Below, piece by piece: positions 63,485 to 64,000 of a DNA stretch of 64,000 nt. The position numbers and the translations under genes are program-made. A model generated the notes under the pieces. That model did no database searches and had not been told where the DNA came from. It saw only the letters and a program-made list of their open reading frames with translations. The first letter of the stretch is position 1; every line of letters begins with the position of its first letter. The DNA is from Candidatus Bathyarchaeota archaeon (GTDB lineage: Archaea; Thermoproteota; Bathyarchaeia; Bathyarchaeales; Bathycorpusculaceae): contig JANXDU010000031.1 of NCBI GenBank assembly GCA_025059195.1, forward strand, positions 91,892-155,891, given 5' to 3'.

Positions 63485-64000
63485 TTGGAAAGTAAGAGCT
63501 ACACGTGGTTTGAAAGGCGGCGGAGGACGAAAGCCCTTGATTTAGCGCAAGAACAGATAACTAAGGCCCTTGACACTGTGACGCTTCTCCATCAAGCCAC
63601 AAAGAAAATGGCTGAAAACAAAAGGAAAGAGGCCATGCAATACATAGAGAACATCTTCAAGGTTGAGAAGGAAGTGGACAAGCTACGCACGGAAGTTTTT
63701 AAAGAATTATCAAAGGGCGTCGCGCTTTTTGCAGAGTACCGTGAGGATTTAATGCACCTTGTAAAAAGGCTTGACACGTTGGCGGATCACGTGAAGGACG
63801 CTGCAAGATGCATAAAAATGCTTGGAGACGCGGAAATTCCCAAAGAGTTTTGGGAAAATACCGTCCACACTACCTCCTTCCTCGTGGACTGCGCCCACGC
63901 TTTAAGAGGAAGTATTGAAAAAATAGCGGTTGACTCCGTTGCAGCCATAGAGGGAGCGAAAAAAGTTGAAGATATCGAGAGAAAAATAGATGATGAATAC
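63485..64000 (+). CDS. DUF47/PhoU-like protein (COG1392, phosphate-transport-regulator-related), 3' partial at the window end
   Basis: Not in the ORF track because no stop falls inside the window. The frame is open from TTG 63485 to 64000. Helical repeats EKEVDKLR...LF...REDLMHLVKRLDTLADHVKDAA are typical of DUF47. Confidence 0.65.
   Translation, partial: MESKSYTWFERRRRTKALDLAQEQITKALDTVTLLHQATKKMAENKRKEAMQYIENIFKVEKEVDKLRTEVFKELSKGVALFAEYREDLMHLVKRLDTLADHVKDAARCIKMLGDAEIPKEFWENTVHTTSFLVDCAHALRGSIEKIAVDSVAAIEGAKKVEDIERKIDDEY

Noticed and set aside
1-64000. CRISPR arrays, tRNA/rRNA genes, transposases, integrases and classic defence genes.
   Set aside because: I scanned intergenic regions for regularly spaced direct repeats and for tRNA T-loop-like GGTTCRAnnCC motifs and found none. 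No ORF shows DDE/transposase, tyrosine or serine recombinase, Cas, restriction-modification or toxin-antitoxin signatures. Small RNAs such as C/D-box sRNAs cannot be excluded by eye.

Overview
Gene-dense archaeal chromosomal window with about 80 protein-coding genes on both strands. All family calls come from reading motifs in the supplied translations by eye; no database search was possible.

The archaeal assignment rests on a tail-less HMf-type histone, ribosomal proteins eS25, eS17, eS1 and uS15, the KEOPS genes Kae1, Bud32 and Pcc1, proteasome beta, an RpoH domain, archaeal-type NMNAT and a RecJ/GAN-like DHH protein. eS25, split Kae1/Bud32 and a TFE-beta-like protein hint at a TACK-type (Bathyarchaeia-like) lineage, but that is inference only.

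I found no rRNA, tRNA, CRISPR array, transposase, integrase or recognisable defence genes. The window looks mostly core or housekeeping. Genes are tightly packed, with many overlaps of 1-23 nt (ATGA, TTGA, TAATG) and frequent TTG/GTG starts.

Main functional blocks:
- B12-dependent methylmalonyl-CoA mutase operon: mutase large and small subunits, MeaB, CobA-type adenosyltransferase, DedA
- three thiolase-fold plus three DUF35 genes
- TldD/PmbA
- nrdR-nrdD-nrdG
- a serine/hydroxypyruvate/glycerate enzyme set
- NAD metabolism: NadC, NMNAT, Nnr
- four-subunit 2-oxoacid:ferredoxin oxidoreductase
- PxpABC 5-oxoprolinase

Most interesting observations:
1. A 198-aa RpoH whose N-terminal 120 aa resemble the eukaryotic Rpb5 N-terminal (PD-(D/E)xK-fold) domain, giving a full-length Rpb5-like architecture.
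2. A four-gene operon of two thiolase-fold paralogues that both lack the catalytic Cys and His, plus two DUF35 proteins. It sits divergent to an intact thiolase+DUF35 pair.
3. An SPFH (COG4260/YdjI-like) protein with a triple zinc-ribbon tail. It is coupled to an unknown helical protein and faces a membrane-anchored double zinc-ribbon protein.
4. An archaeal nrdR-nrdD-nrdG operon with NrdR-box-like palindromes bracketing the TATA box.

I cannot claim that any of these is a demonstrably new system.
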